Position numbers and translations under genes: made by a program
The notes under the pieces: generated by a model
Told to the model about the DNA's origin: nothing
The model's database searches: none
What the model saw: only the letters and a program-made list of their open reading frames with translations
Virus record (IMG/VR): IMGVR_UViG_3300032782_000001
Coordinates: 248,001-312,000 of that record
Strand: one strand, 5' to 3'
Length of the DNA: 64,000 nucleotides
Shown here: one piece after another, positions 35,687 through 45,052 of the stretch
Numbering within the stretch: position 1 is the stretch's first letter
Layout of the letters: each line of letters opens with the position of its first letter

Positions 35687-37036
35687 CTACCGACCTTTGC
35701 GCCGACGCGGAACTTCTTCAACTTCAGGTTCAAGTTCTTCTTCAGGAGAACCCATATCGTTGATGGCACATTCAATTTTGATGGGTTTTACGTGAACACC
35801 AGTAGGTTCTAGATGATATTCACGGGCCGTCACCGTCACACCAGTCTTAATGGCGGCCACAAGTTCCGTTCGAAGTTTCTTCAGAAGTTTCTGCTTCGGA
35901 ACCACGCCTTCGAAATCAGCCGTGAGGGATAGTTCCACTTGACACGAATATTCAGTGGAAGGGATGAGCATGTCCTCCGTCACAACAGGTTGTGAGGTGC
36001 GCGGGCGGGGTCGTTTGGGCGTAGGACGTTGTCGTTTCCGACGTGCAATACGAGCGGCCGCACGGCGAACGTCCAAGGAGGTTTGCTCCAATTCTTCTGC
36101 AGAATCCAATTGCATGGGTTGCAGGAACCCTGCAATTTCATCTCCCAATTCCCCACCTTTCATATCATTGAAAGATTGAAGAACAGCAACTTTGGAACCC
36201 GGCGGAACAATCACGTAGAGATTATTCGAGTCCCAGTCCACGCTTTTCGCGCCAGCCTGCATAAGTTCCAAGTCCACAGCGTCTTGAATGGAACCATCAT
36301 CTATAGCCAGCAGGTCATTTGTAGAACCAGATGACTGGAAAACTAAAACAAGGTCATCTTCCAACGATGCAATAAGAATACGTAGTTTGGTACTGAGAAG
36401 ATTCAGACTCGGCTTCTCGTAAGATTCAACGCTCGTTGCGATCTTCTTAAGAATTTCTGAAACACGAATAGGACTCGTAGAGCCAGCAATGGCTTTCCCT
36501 ACATTATCATAAGCTCCGTTTTGTAGAACGGGGTAATCGAATTCTACCTTTTTGACGGGAACGCCCATGACTAGATCAGGAACATGATGAGCAGTAGCTC
36601 CCTTCGGAACGTATGCTTTCACAAGAGGTGAGCCGTCAACATCGGATGACGGATCTGCCTGAATCCCTGGACATTGTTGCATCAAATCTCGAGCGGCCAT
36701 TAAAGCGACGTAATACTTACCTTTCTCTGAAGAATAAACGTGTTTCAAAAAATCCGAAGAAGGACGAATAGAATGAGTCTTGACATAATGGGAAAGACTG
36801 GAAGGCCAAACCCACGTGCCGTCCGTTAATTCTTGGTGGCTACCAATCCGCGAACCGCAGAGTCGACAAGAAACAAATTCACGATAAGTATTTCGGATTT
36901 CGCCCGAGTCTAAATAAGCCGAGACTGTACTCCGTTCGTTAAAGTTCCAGTCCAGATCCACGAGATCCAAAGGATCCGGAAGCTCCGGTTCCGAAGCAGA
37001 ATGCCAGAAACCTACTTTGAGCAGAGATGAGTCCAC
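35687..37036 (-). CDS. Multidomain hypothetical protein
   Basis: 449 aa; N-terminal CRLC..ELTDGTWVWP..LSHYV..H Zn-like domain followed by unrelated modules. Confidence 0.65.
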   Translation of the reverse strand: MDSSLLKVGFWHSASEPELPDPLDLVDLDWNFNERSTVSAYLDSGEIRNTYREFVSCRLCGSRIGSHQELTDGTWVWPSSLSHYVKTHSIRPSSDFLKHVYSSEKGKYYVALMAARDLMQQCPGIQADPSSDVDGSPLVKAYVPKGATAHHVPDLVMGVPVKKVEFDYPVLQNGAYDNVGKAIAGSTSPIRVSEILKKIATSVESYEKPSLNLLSTKLRILIASLEDDLVLVFQSSGSTNDLLAIDDGSIQDAVDLELMQAGAKSVDWDSNNLYVIVPPGSKVAVLQSFNDMKGGELGDEIAGFLQPMQLDSAEELEQTSLDVRRAAARIARRKRQRPTPKRPRPRTSQPVVTEDMLIPSTEYSCQVELSLTADFEGVVPKQKLLKKLRTELVAAIKTGVTVTAREYHLEPTGVHVKPIKIECAINDMGSPEEELEPEVEEVPRRRKGR

Positions 37037-37133
37037 ACCCGAGAAGCTTATAGAAGGCTCCGGGCTGTATAGTTAGAGGTTACCATGATCCCCATAGAGC
37101 GAAAATTTCGAAGAAGAGGAGGTATGGGGATCC

Positions 37134-37748
37134 ATGGGTTGCAGCGTTTGTGGAAAGCCGGGCCATAACCGTAGGTCGTGCAAGAAGACTTCGTCTGAGA
37201 AGCACCAGACCGTATCCACTCACAAGACCGAGGTAAACGGAGTAAGTTCTAAGGTCGAACCTGAACACGTTCAAGAGACGGCTCCCGAGACGGCTCCCGA
37301 GACGGAATCGGTAGCCACTGAACCTGAAGAGAATCTCGAAACGAAGTCCTCGGTGGAGGATGAAGACGAGGAAGAATCGGAGTCTTCCGACCTGAAGATC
37401 CCCATCGGACAGGGACTCGATGCAATCGTTTCGCTGCCTGTTTGGCTGACGGAAGAAGAGAAGCGGAATGCGATGGCCGCCGTCGGTCATGCCGCTTATA
37501 AAATGGCAGAGGTAGGTCTTCAGGATCCGGAAGAACCTGTGATCCGTACTGCAATGGCTGTCTTGAACTATGCGCTCAAAGCGAGCATTGTGTTGAATCA
37601 TTTCACCTTCAGGGCAGAAGGTGATGGTCAAGTTTGGCTCGGAACGGGAAAGACGCGGAAGGAAGCCCTGACCAGTCTGATCAACAATATGTTCCCTACG
37701 CGGCTCGCACGCGAGTGTTTCAAGCGGTCAGTCTGGCGATTGACCTAA
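37134..37748 (+). CDS. Protein with N-terminal CCHC zinc knuckle and acidic linker
   Basis: MGCSVCGKPGHNRRSC; GGAGG RBS; ETAP tandem repeat and EDEDEEE tract. Confidence 0.7.
   Translation: MGCSVCGKPGHNRRSCKKTSSEKHQTVSTHKTEVNGVSSKVEPEHVQETAPETAPETESVATEPEENLETKSSVEDEDEEESESSDLKIPIGQGLDAIVSLPVWLTEEEKRNAMAAVGHAAYKMAEVGLQDPEEPVIRTAMAVLNYALKASIVLNHFTFRAEGDGQVWLGTGKTRKEALTSLINNMFPTRLARECFKRSVWRLT
37275..37305 (+). repeat. 12-bp tandem repeat (about 2.6 copies)
   Basis: gagacggctccc gagacggctccc gagacgg, encoding ETAPETAPET. Confidence 0.85.
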
Positions 37749-37759
37749 GAAACGAAGTT

Positions 37760-38659
37760 TCAGATCCCGAGGAACCTGCGAGGCGTGAGCGCTCCGCGGC
37801 CTACTGACGGACCGAAACTGCTACGAATACCAATCCCGTACCTGGACTGCTGGAGACCGCGGATGATTTTCACGGTCTCCTTAGCGGCCACAACCATCTC
37901 AGCAAAACGAGATTGAGCGTCATTGGCCATCCCCTGATATTTGGCACTCTTTTCTACATCCAGTGAAACTCCGCCAATAGAATAAGAGAATTCATCAGCC
38001 ACCCAATTCAAGGCCAAGGCATTGATGGCATGAACCATTGCTCCAGTGAACAGAAGAGTTCTCCAGTCTCGATGTTCTGAGATGAGCTTATCAAGAGTGT
38101 CGTAAAAAGTTTGCGGGGCATACATGTTTATGGCGTCGTTTGAGACGCGCAGAAATTCTAAAAGTTCGCAATCTTCCCAAAGGTATCCAAATACCCGCGT
38201 GAATTTATTGACCGATTCTTCTCCGGCTGGAGGCAAAAAATGATAATTGCGGCCCGGGTTGTTATCCCGGAGCATGATCCGGAGACCTCTGACCAGGTCA
38301 AATTCAACCGGCGTAATACCTGGAACAGAAATTACCTGAGTAGAATTCTCGACGATCGAGAATTCTTGAACCACTTCCACTTGTTTCGAATTGACAAGTT
38401 CTCGGAAATACCAACGAATTCGATATGAACCAATATTGGCGTCGATTGGAATAATGAATGAAGCAAAATATTCACCGACCGATGGATTGAATGGCTTCCG
38501 GTTTGGAGGCGGTAAGAGAACTTCCACCCCCGCCGTGTTGTCAAAAATGCTGTAAGAAATTTCTGAAGCGTTTTTCGGGCTTCCGTCTTTGGCTTTCAGA
38601 AAAATATTCAATCCCTGAGAGCGAGACAGTTCTTGACCACGGCGGAAGGTGACGCTCAT
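37760..38659 (-). CDS. Head-tail adaptor-like protein with N-terminal Ig-like domain
   Basis: VRGLRIMLRDNNP...FSYSIGGVSLDVEKSAKYQ pattern of gp15/gp6-like adaptors; the N-terminal GEYFASF..GSYRIRW domain recurs in the 62783 gene. Confidence 0.55.
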   Translation of the reverse strand: MSVTFRRGQELSRSQGLNIFLKAKDGSPKNASEISYSIFDNTAGVEVLLPPPNRKPFNPSVGEYFASFIIPIDANIGSYRIRWYFRELVNSKQVEVVQEFSIVENSTQVISVPGITPVEFDLVRGLRIMLRDNNPGRNYHFLPPAGEESVNKFTRVFGYLWEDCELLEFLRVSNDAINMYAPQTFYDTLDKLISEHRDWRTLLFTGAMVHAINALALNWVADEFSYSIGGVSLDVEKSAKYQGMANDAQSRFAEMVVAAKETVKIIRGLQQSRYGIGIRSSFGPSVGRGALTPRRFLGI

Positions 38660-38661
38660 TT

Positions 38662-39393
38662 TCAGGCCTCTTCGAACGGATTCCTACCATACTTCTTGTC
38701 GAGGACGCTCTGATAAGCGGCCCCTCCACTCATACCTGCAAAAGGAGGAGTCCCGTGAGGATTGTCACTGATTCCGCGAACTTTCTTATCAATTGGTCGT
38801 TCTTTGCGCGTGAAACCATAACCTTCCAAGTCAGCTTGAATCTCACGAATGGGAGTTTTCGTAGTTTCATTAAGATTTTTCAAATCGATATGATCAAATT
38901 CTCCCATTTCATTGTCGTATAGATATTGAGCGAAAGTGTCAACATCCGCATATTCAGGCTCCGAAGAATCCCTCTCTACAGGCTTTGAAGGACCGGGAGG
39001 GTTAGAAGATGGCCTCTTCGGAGGCTCTGCTGGCTTTAGGTGTTTCCGAGCTTCTTCATCACTCTTATAGGGACTCTTCGATTCCGGGACACGCTTTATT
39101 GGCTTTTGGGGAGCCGCCGCTTTGGCGTGTTTGGCAGCTTCAACCTGTTCGAGGCGCTTGTTGGCTTCTTCTTTGGAAGGATAACAACCACCGCTCCAGT
39201 CCGGATTGTGTTCGGACTTGACACAGTATCCCTTCCCCTTCTCTTTCTTGACATACGAGACGCTCTCCATTCCGGCAATACGGAGCGCCACCGAAATCAA
39301 ATCAAATGGGGAAGAACCGAACCGAGGCTTGTGATGAAGAACTACCTCAGTCCGGGAAGCGATTCGGATAGCAATGTCCTTCAGTTCCATCAC
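38662..39393 (-). CDS. Hypothetical protein (possible internal head protein)
   Basis: 243 aa; GYCVKS..GGCYPSKEEANKRLEQVE motif; IAIRIAS and VALRIAG motifs. Confidence 0.6.
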   Translation of the reverse strand: MMELKDIAIRIASRTEVVLHHKPRFGSSPFDLISVALRIAGMESVSYVKKEKGKGYCVKSEHNPDWSGGCYPSKEEANKRLEQVEAAKHAKAAAPQKPIKRVPESKSPYKSDEEARKHLKPAEPPKRPSSNPPGPSKPVERDSSEPEYADVDTFAQYLYDNEMGEFDHIDLKNLNETTKTPIREIQADLEGYGFTRKERPIDKKVRGISDNPHGTPPFAGMSGGAAYQSVLDKKYGRNPFEEA

Positions 39394-39447
39394 GGATGAC
39401 TTGAGATAAGAGGCGGAAGTCGGGATAAAGAAGAAGTATGGAATTCT

Positions 39448-40092
39448 ATGACAGCGACCAGTCCGGGGCTCGGCTCGTGGTGGATGTACCCCATGAAACC
39501 AGCTCGAGTCACGGAAGCCGTCCTATCATCCATCAACCCATCCGACTACTTGATGGAAAAGAAGTATGATGGATGGAGGGCTATCCTAATTGTCAGTCAT
39601 GGGATTCCCGAATTATGGACCAGGGAAAGGCGACGCATCGAGATGCCGACGAATCTCGACAACCAACTCCGATCGCTCAAGCTTCCAGAGGGCACTGTCC
39701 TCGACGGGGAAATCTGGAACCCTGAGAAGAGGGGAGGGTGGAAACACGCCAAAGGCGTTGAATGTCAAATCACCTTTTGGGACGCCATCCGAAAAGGAAA
39801 TCAAGATCTTAGTCGGAATCCACTCGAAGAGCGAAAAGAACGACTTCGGAATCTAGTATCTCCCACTGATTGTGTGAAAATCGTGGAAGACTTTCCGGCA
39901 ACTGTAAAATCAATCGCTGCCGCAAGGGCAGAGGCAATTAGCGCCCGAGGGAATGCGCGTTCTGGATTCGTACATGGAGTGGTGATCAAACGTCGAGAGT
40001 CCCCCCGGCGTGATCACGCCACTAAGTCCCATGAACATTCGGATTGGATGAAAGTGGTTTTCGACGGCATGTCAGGGTGGGCGCCTAGGTGA
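39448..40092 (+). CDS. ATP-dependent ligase adenylation domain (no OB domain)
   Basis: Motif I EKKYDGWR, III VLDGEI, IIIa ITFWDAI, IV variant FVHGVVIK, V WMKV; ends right after motif V. Confidence 0.8.
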   Translation: MTATSPGLGSWWMYPMKPARVTEAVLSSINPSDYLMEKKYDGWRAILIVSHGIPELWTRERRRIEMPTNLDNQLRSLKLPEGTVLDGEIWNPEKRGGWKHAKGVECQITFWDAIRKGNQDLSRNPLEERKERLRNLVSPTDCVKIVEDFPATVKSIAAARAEAISARGNARSGFVHGVVIKRRESPRRDHATKSHEHSDWMKVVFDGMSGWAPR

Positions 40093-40334
40093 AATTCCAC
40101 GAATGGAAAGACACTGGGATCAGAGCCACCGATTTGCGCTCCTTCGGACGGTCGAAAAAGAAAATGTCCCGGTACGAGTGCACGAAATGTGGACTCGTGA
40201 TGAACATTTCAGATGTCGATATTCAAATCGAAAAGAAAAACCCCGGGCATATCCACACCGTCGCTAAGGAAACAGTTCAGTCTGATTTCCAAGACTGTGA
40301 TCTCACAATCGTGGCTATGGTGATGAAGACTTAG
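40089..40334 (+). CDS. Small CxxC protein with divergent VMKT tag
   Basis: CTKC...DCDLTIVAMVMKT*; GTGA overlap with the ligase gene. Confidence 0.6.
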   Translation: MKFHEWKDTGIRATDLRSFGRSKKKMSRYECTKCGLVMNISDVDIQIEKKNPGHIHTVAKETVQSDFQDCDLTIVAMVMKT

Positions 40335-41824
40335 CCGTCGTCTTTCGCCAAAAGAGGCTTCAGCCCGGCTGCCTTTCGGAATTCATCTTCCACCCATTGA
40401 CGAGCTGAAACTATATCTTCAGATGAAAGGCGCTCATGTGACACCCAAGAACGATATTCACCTGGGGTACCTTTGTATAGAACAACATCTTTGGAAAAAT
40501 CCAATGATGCCTTGTCGAATTGAATGTTATGCTTTTCAGGGGATTCGAAAATAGGAGTACCTTCATACGGAGTCGTAATCGAAACATCCGCGTCATCAAG
40601 GCCCTCTTGAGCCATGAGGACAAGCCAATTTCTGAGTGCAGAAATAGTTTCAGGAGTCTCACCGGGAAGACCAACTTGAGTGAAGACTTTAGGGCGGATC
40701 CTGTACTTCACACAGAGACGGACAAACGCCGTGTTATCCTCAACTGTTGCACCTTTCCGAATATCGCGGAGAATCTTCGGATCCGCGGCTTCTGCGCCAG
40801 TACACATTTGAACGCATCCGGCTTCCGCCATAGACTTGAAGATAGAATCAGTTGTTAAGTTCTTCCCATTCTTGAAGAAAGCCCTCCAGAGAATTCCTTC
40901 TTCCTTTAACATTGGAAGGAATTTGCTCATGAAATCTGGCCTCAAGTTGATTTCATCATCGTAAAACATGAAAGCCCGCCATCCGTACATCTCACGGACA
41001 TGACGGATCTCTTCACGGACTTTCTCTGAAGATTTCGCTTCGAGTTTCCGATACCCATCCCAGTGTGAACAATAGGTGCACGCAAAAGGACAGCCGGTAG
41101 CGCTTACAATAGAAGTAGCCCGTTCTCCACCCACGAGATAATTGTAACTTTTGAGGTCAATAAGATCTCGAGCCGGGAGAGGCCATCTGTCATTCTGATA
41201 GACGACACCGTCATGCATTAAGTGTGAAGCTTCTTCCTTGGAAAGACGGCTGGGTAGTTTAATGATGCGTTCATTCTGTTCCCAACCAATTTCGCAATTA
41301 TCCTTGAGTATGCGCAACTGGTTGGTCTTTCTACTAAGCTCTGGTTTATTAGCGAGTCGCTCAGTAGAACGAGATATTCTGTTCAACAATTCGATGAAGC
41401 CAGGCTCCCCACCACCACCACCTTGATCCGAGACTACGACGTAGTCAAACGCGTCGTCGAGACACCTGGACGGTGCAGTGTTGGCATGAGGACCTCCAAT
41501 AGCAGTGATGCATTTAGGATTATGGGTCCGAATGAAAGCATTCAGTTTTACAACTTGAGGATGTTGCGCAGCAAGAGAATAGAACCCAACGAGATCCGCG
41601 TCTTGAGCCATTTCCCAAAGGTATTTTTCAGCTTCATCCATGACAGCGTCATAAGACGCGTGAACAATCTCAGGATGTCGTTGCTTATACCCAGTCAGGT
41701 CAGCTACTCGGATTTCATGACCGAGTTGCCTCGCCACTGCCCCGATTTGGAGTGGACCTAAGAAGGGAAAGGCCCTGTCATCAAGGAGAAAGGGGGAGGG
41801 AGGAATAACAAGACAAATCCGCAT
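40331..41824 (-). CDS. B12-binding radical SAM enzyme (class B methyltransferase-like)
   Basis: N-terminal cobalamin-binding-like region (FLGPLQIGAV...GGPHAN) and CxxxCxxC GCPFACTYC; FYDDEIN; GAEAAD..IL..IRKG. Confidence 0.85.
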   Translation of the reverse strand: MRICLVIPPSPFLLDDRAFPFLGPLQIGAVARQLGHEIRVADLTGYKQRHPEIVHASYDAVMDEAEKYLWEMAQDADLVGFYSLAAQHPQVVKLNAFIRTHNPKCITAIGGPHANTAPSRCLDDAFDYVVVSDQGGGGGEPGFIELLNRISRSTERLANKPELSRKTNQLRILKDNCEIGWEQNERIIKLPSRLSKEEASHLMHDGVVYQNDRWPLPARDLIDLKSYNYLVGGERATSIVSATGCPFACTYCSHWDGYRKLEAKSSEKVREEIRHVREMYGWRAFMFYDDEINLRPDFMSKFLPMLKEEGILWRAFFKNGKNLTTDSIFKSMAEAGCVQMCTGAEAADPKILRDIRKGATVEDNTAFVRLCVKYRIRPKVFTQVGLPGETPETISALRNWLVLMAQEGLDDADVSITTPYEGTPIFESPEKHNIQFDKASLDFSKDVVLYKGTPGEYRSWVSHERLSSEDIVSARQWVEDEFRKAAGLKPLLAKDDG

Positions 41825-41839
41825 TTGTCTTCCATCGAA

Positions 41840-42967
41840 TCATGAACGACCTAAGGAAGACATACGACGATTCAAAATGCCTTCCAGGCGTTTGCAATTG
41901 GATTCCCAAGTATATTTCAAAGCCCTTTTCCTGGATTTACGAACTATTTCCTGACGGTATCCTTCTTCTCGTAAGAGCCGAATTACTTCATCCGTAAACG
42001 TGTCAAGATTATTTTTAATATCAGGAATCGTTATCGCGGCACCCCCGTAAAGCTGACCAAGCGCATCTACATTACTCGTAACGACAGCGGCCCCCGCGTA
42101 ACAGGCTTCCAATATCGTATTAGAGAATCCTTCAGTCCAACGAACAGGATCACAGGGGTACGCCAAAACTTGGGCTTCGCTCATTTCACGAGCGATCCTC
42201 TTGCGACTCACAGATTTGAAGTGTTCAATACCGTGTCCGCGAAGCCTTTCTACTGCTTCGCTGCAGTATAAGGCTCGATGTTTCTGTTCATGTAAAGCGG
42301 GTTCTGCATGGAAAGGGATTGCTTTCATGGCAGCTACCCACGGATCAAAATTATAGAAAATTCTTAGGACAGCGTGAGGGACTTGACGACGAATATGAGG
42401 CCACTGCTGAAGAAGTAAATGTAACCCACGATCAGGGGATGAAGCGTAAATTACGCGACCCGGAATCTTAGCACATTCATCAAATGCAGACGGGTCCATC
42501 CCGTTATAGAAAGATTCCCATTTATTATCGGGAACGGCCGGTGCGCATGTCTTGAGGTATTCCGTGTGGGTCTCACTGAGACCGCCAACAACATCCACAA
42601 ATGATTCCCAGCCCGGTTTGCAATACCCGAAATCATTAAGTTGTTGATCAACAACCCGGAGGGGTCCCGGAGCTACCCCGTGGATGAAATCAGGATTCAT
42701 CCACGCCATGATCACATCAAATTGATTTTTATCTGAAGATGTGTAGGCATCGAACGGGCGAATCAAAACACCGTTCCATAAAAACCTGTCAGGAGTATTG
42801 ACTGTAACTGTGAAAATTGTAACTTCATGACCCAATTTTGCCATACCCTCAGCATAGCAAAAACATGAGACTTCGGAACCCGTGAGACCTCGATCGTCTT
42901 CATAGAGACGGGTGAAATCGAAAGGTCTTCCAATACAGAATGACCCGAAAACGAAAGCAATTCTCAT
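41840..42967 (-). CDS. Glycosyltransferase, GT-B (GT4-like)
   Basis: LTGSEVS..LGHEV, IYASSPDRGL, EGFSNTILEA. Confidence 0.85.
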   Translation of the reverse strand: MRIAFVFGSFCIGRPFDFTRLYEDDRGLTGSEVSCFCYAEGMAKLGHEVTIFTVTVNTPDRFLWNGVLIRPFDAYTSSDKNQFDVIMAWMNPDFIHGVAPGPLRVVDQQLNDFGYCKPGWESFVDVVGGLSETHTEYLKTCAPAVPDNKWESFYNGMDPSAFDECAKIPGRVIYASSPDRGLHLLLQQWPHIRRQVPHAVLRIFYNFDPWVAAMKAIPFHAEPALHEQKHRALYCSEAVERLRGHGIEHFKSVSRKRIAREMSEAQVLAYPCDPVRWTEGFSNTILEACYAGAAVVTSNVDALGQLYGGAAITIPDIKNNLDTFTDEVIRLLREEGYRQEIVRKSRKRALKYTWESNCKRLEGILNRRMSSLGRS

Positions 42968-44097
42968 TTACCGACTTTCGTTGCAATGGCGTCATGAAGA
43001 ATTTTCTCTAATCTATCCGTGAGGACAGGCCAACTATGTTTCTCAGCAAGAATCTTAGTGTTATCAGTGGCCTCTTTCCGGAATGAAGACTCTGTAAGAG
43101 ATCTGATGACCAATTCCGTCCATTCTTCTAAGTGGTCTCGGACTGGACTACGAACTATCGTCTTCACGCTTCCACCGTAGACTGATCCAAGAGCGTCAAC
43201 GTCGGTAATTACCGGGACCGCACCAGCTGCGCAAGCTTCCATAATAGTAACGGAAAAGCCTTCCGTATAAGTAACAGTATCACATGGATACGCAAGCACG
43301 AGTGCCGAAGCCATCTCTTCTGCCATTCTGAGTCGGCTAATGCTTTTGAAATGTTGAACATCAGAATCTTTGAGCCTGTTGAATGCCTCACGAATATAGT
43401 GAGCACGATATGCACATTCACGAACATGAGGATGATGGGACGGATCTTCACATGGGAGAAGATTCTGAATCCAGTCATCGAAATTGTAGAAGACGCGAAG
43501 ATTAGCTTCAGGGACACGGCGTTTGATCAAGGGCCATTGTTGAAGCAACCAATGAAGACCACGGTCAGGAGAGGAAGCGTATAGAACTCGTCCGGGAACT
43601 TTGTCTATGATCGGATAAGCAGTTGGATCACACCCATTTGGGAGGACAACCCATTTGTGGCCGTTCCCGTATTTTCCAACCATATGACTAAGATGGGCGG
43701 AACAAGGGCTAGAATAAATATCAACACAAGAATCAAAACCGGGTTGACAGTATGTAAAATCATTAAGTTGCTGATTGACGAACCTAACCGATTTGGCAGG
43801 TACGCCACGAAGGTTGTCAGGCTCATTCCATGAAAGAACGGCGTCTTCTGTCCAACCTGTCCTGGTATCTGACCAAGCAGAAATTGGAAATATCCTTATC
43901 CCTGACCAGTCCAGACGTGAAGAGGAACTTATGGGGGCGAAAAGTTTGACCTCATGGCCTCGTAATGCCAGTTCTTTGGCAAAACTAAAACATGAAATTT
44001 CAGATCCTGTAAGACCTCTCGGATCCTCGAAAAGACGCGAAAAGTCAAACGGACGGGGTCCGCAAGCCCAAGAACCATATACGAAAGATAGTTTCAC
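42964..44097 (-). CDS. Glycosyltransferase, GT-B (GT4-like), paralogue of neighbour
   Basis: LTGSEIS, LYASSPDRGL, EGFSVTIMEA. Start placed at GTG 44097 (GTGA overlap). Confidence 0.85.
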   Translation of the reverse strand: MKLSFVYGSWACGPRPFDFSRLFEDPRGLTGSEISCFSFAKELALRGHEVKLFAPISSSSRLDWSGIRIFPISAWSDTRTGWTEDAVLSWNEPDNLRGVPAKSVRFVNQQLNDFTYCQPGFDSCVDIYSSPCSAHLSHMVGKYGNGHKWVVLPNGCDPTAYPIIDKVPGRVLYASSPDRGLHWLLQQWPLIKRRVPEANLRVFYNFDDWIQNLLPCEDPSHHPHVRECAYRAHYIREAFNRLKDSDVQHFKSISRLRMAEEMASALVLAYPCDTVTYTEGFSVTIMEACAAGAVPVITDVDALGSVYGGSVKTIVRSPVRDHLEEWTELVIRSLTESSFRKEATDNTKILAEKHSWPVLTDRLEKILHDAIATKVGK

Positions 44098-45044
44098 GTT
44101 AATTTGGGGTCTACGAACTCGCGGAACCATGCAACAGTATGAACAATCCCATCTACATAATCAATCTTCGGCTCCCATCCAAGGATGGTCTTAGCAAGTG
44201 TGATGTCGGGGCATCGCTGCCTAGGATCGTCTTCCGGGAGCGGCAGGCTGATAAGATCGGGAGCATAATCGAAAGCCGATTGGACATCTTTAGCTACAGA
44301 CAGAATTGATCTTTCGTCCGGGTTTCCTATATTGACGACCGGGACTTTCATTCTGTCCCTTTCCATTTCCGACAGCAAAATGAGACCTCGGACAGTATCA
44401 GTCACATAACAGAAACTGCGGGTCTGCCGACCATCTCCATAAACAGTCAGAGGTTCTTTACGCATGGCTTGCATGATAAAATTCGGGATGAGTCTCCCGT
44501 CGTCATGAGCCATTCGGGGACCGTATGTGTTAAAAATGCGTGCAATTCGAATGTCGGTCTTATACTGTTGGGCCCAAGAAACTGCCAAAGCTTCTCCGGC
44601 CCTCTTACCTTCATCATAGCAGGCACGTTTCCCGATAGGATTAACGTGACCAACGTATGATTCGACTTGCGGATGAACTTGAGGATCACCGTAAACTTCG
44701 GAAGTGGAAGCAATTACAATTTTGGAATTTGCATTGCGAGCGCATTCCAATGCATTCAACGTCCCAATGACAGCAGTTTTGATTGTGTTGACGGGATTAC
44801 GTTGATACTGAACGGGGCTTGCAGGACAGGCAAGATGAAAAACCACATCACATTCAATATTCCAAGGTTCACAGACATCGTGACGATGAAATTCGAAATT
44901 GGATCTCTTCAATAAATGCGAAATATTCTCGCGCCTAGATGTGAAGAGGTTATCTATGCAGACAACATCATGCTTTTGTTCGCATAATTGTTCACATAAA
45001 TGTGAACCAATGAACCCTGCACCACCAGTTACGAGAATTTTCAC
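44094..45044 (-). CDS. uxs: UDP-glucuronate decarboxylase (UDP-xylose synthase), extended SDR
   Basis: ILVTGGAGFIGSHL, HLACPASP..YQRNP, ASTSEVYGDP..HPQ.E.Y.G.VNPIG.RACYDEGKR, FNTYGPRM, DDP.QRCPDI. Confidence 0.9.
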   Translation of the reverse strand: MKILVTGGAGFIGSHLCEQLCEQKHDVVCIDNLFTSRRENISHLLKRSNFEFHRHDVCEPWNIECDVVFHLACPASPVQYQRNPVNTIKTAVIGTLNALECARNANSKIVIASTSEVYGDPQVHPQVESYVGHVNPIGKRACYDEGKRAGEALAVSWAQQYKTDIRIARIFNTYGPRMAHDDGRLIPNFIMQAMRKEPLTVYGDGRQTRSFCYVTDTVRGLILLSEMERDRMKVPVVNIGNPDERSILSVAKDVQSAFDYAPDLISLPLPEDDPRQRCPDITLAKTILGWEPKIDYVDGIVHTVAWFREFVDPKLT

Positions 45045-45052
45045 GCCTAACG

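Noticed and set aside
37080-37631. 183-aa minus-strand ORF
   Set aside because: Antisense to the zinc-knuckle gene, which has the RBS and a recognisable motif.
1-38659. Extracellular contractile injection system or tailocin instead of a phage
   Set aside because: Head-tail adaptor/closure-like genes and dense phage-type accessory ORFs favour a phage, although no capsid or terminase is in the window to prove it.
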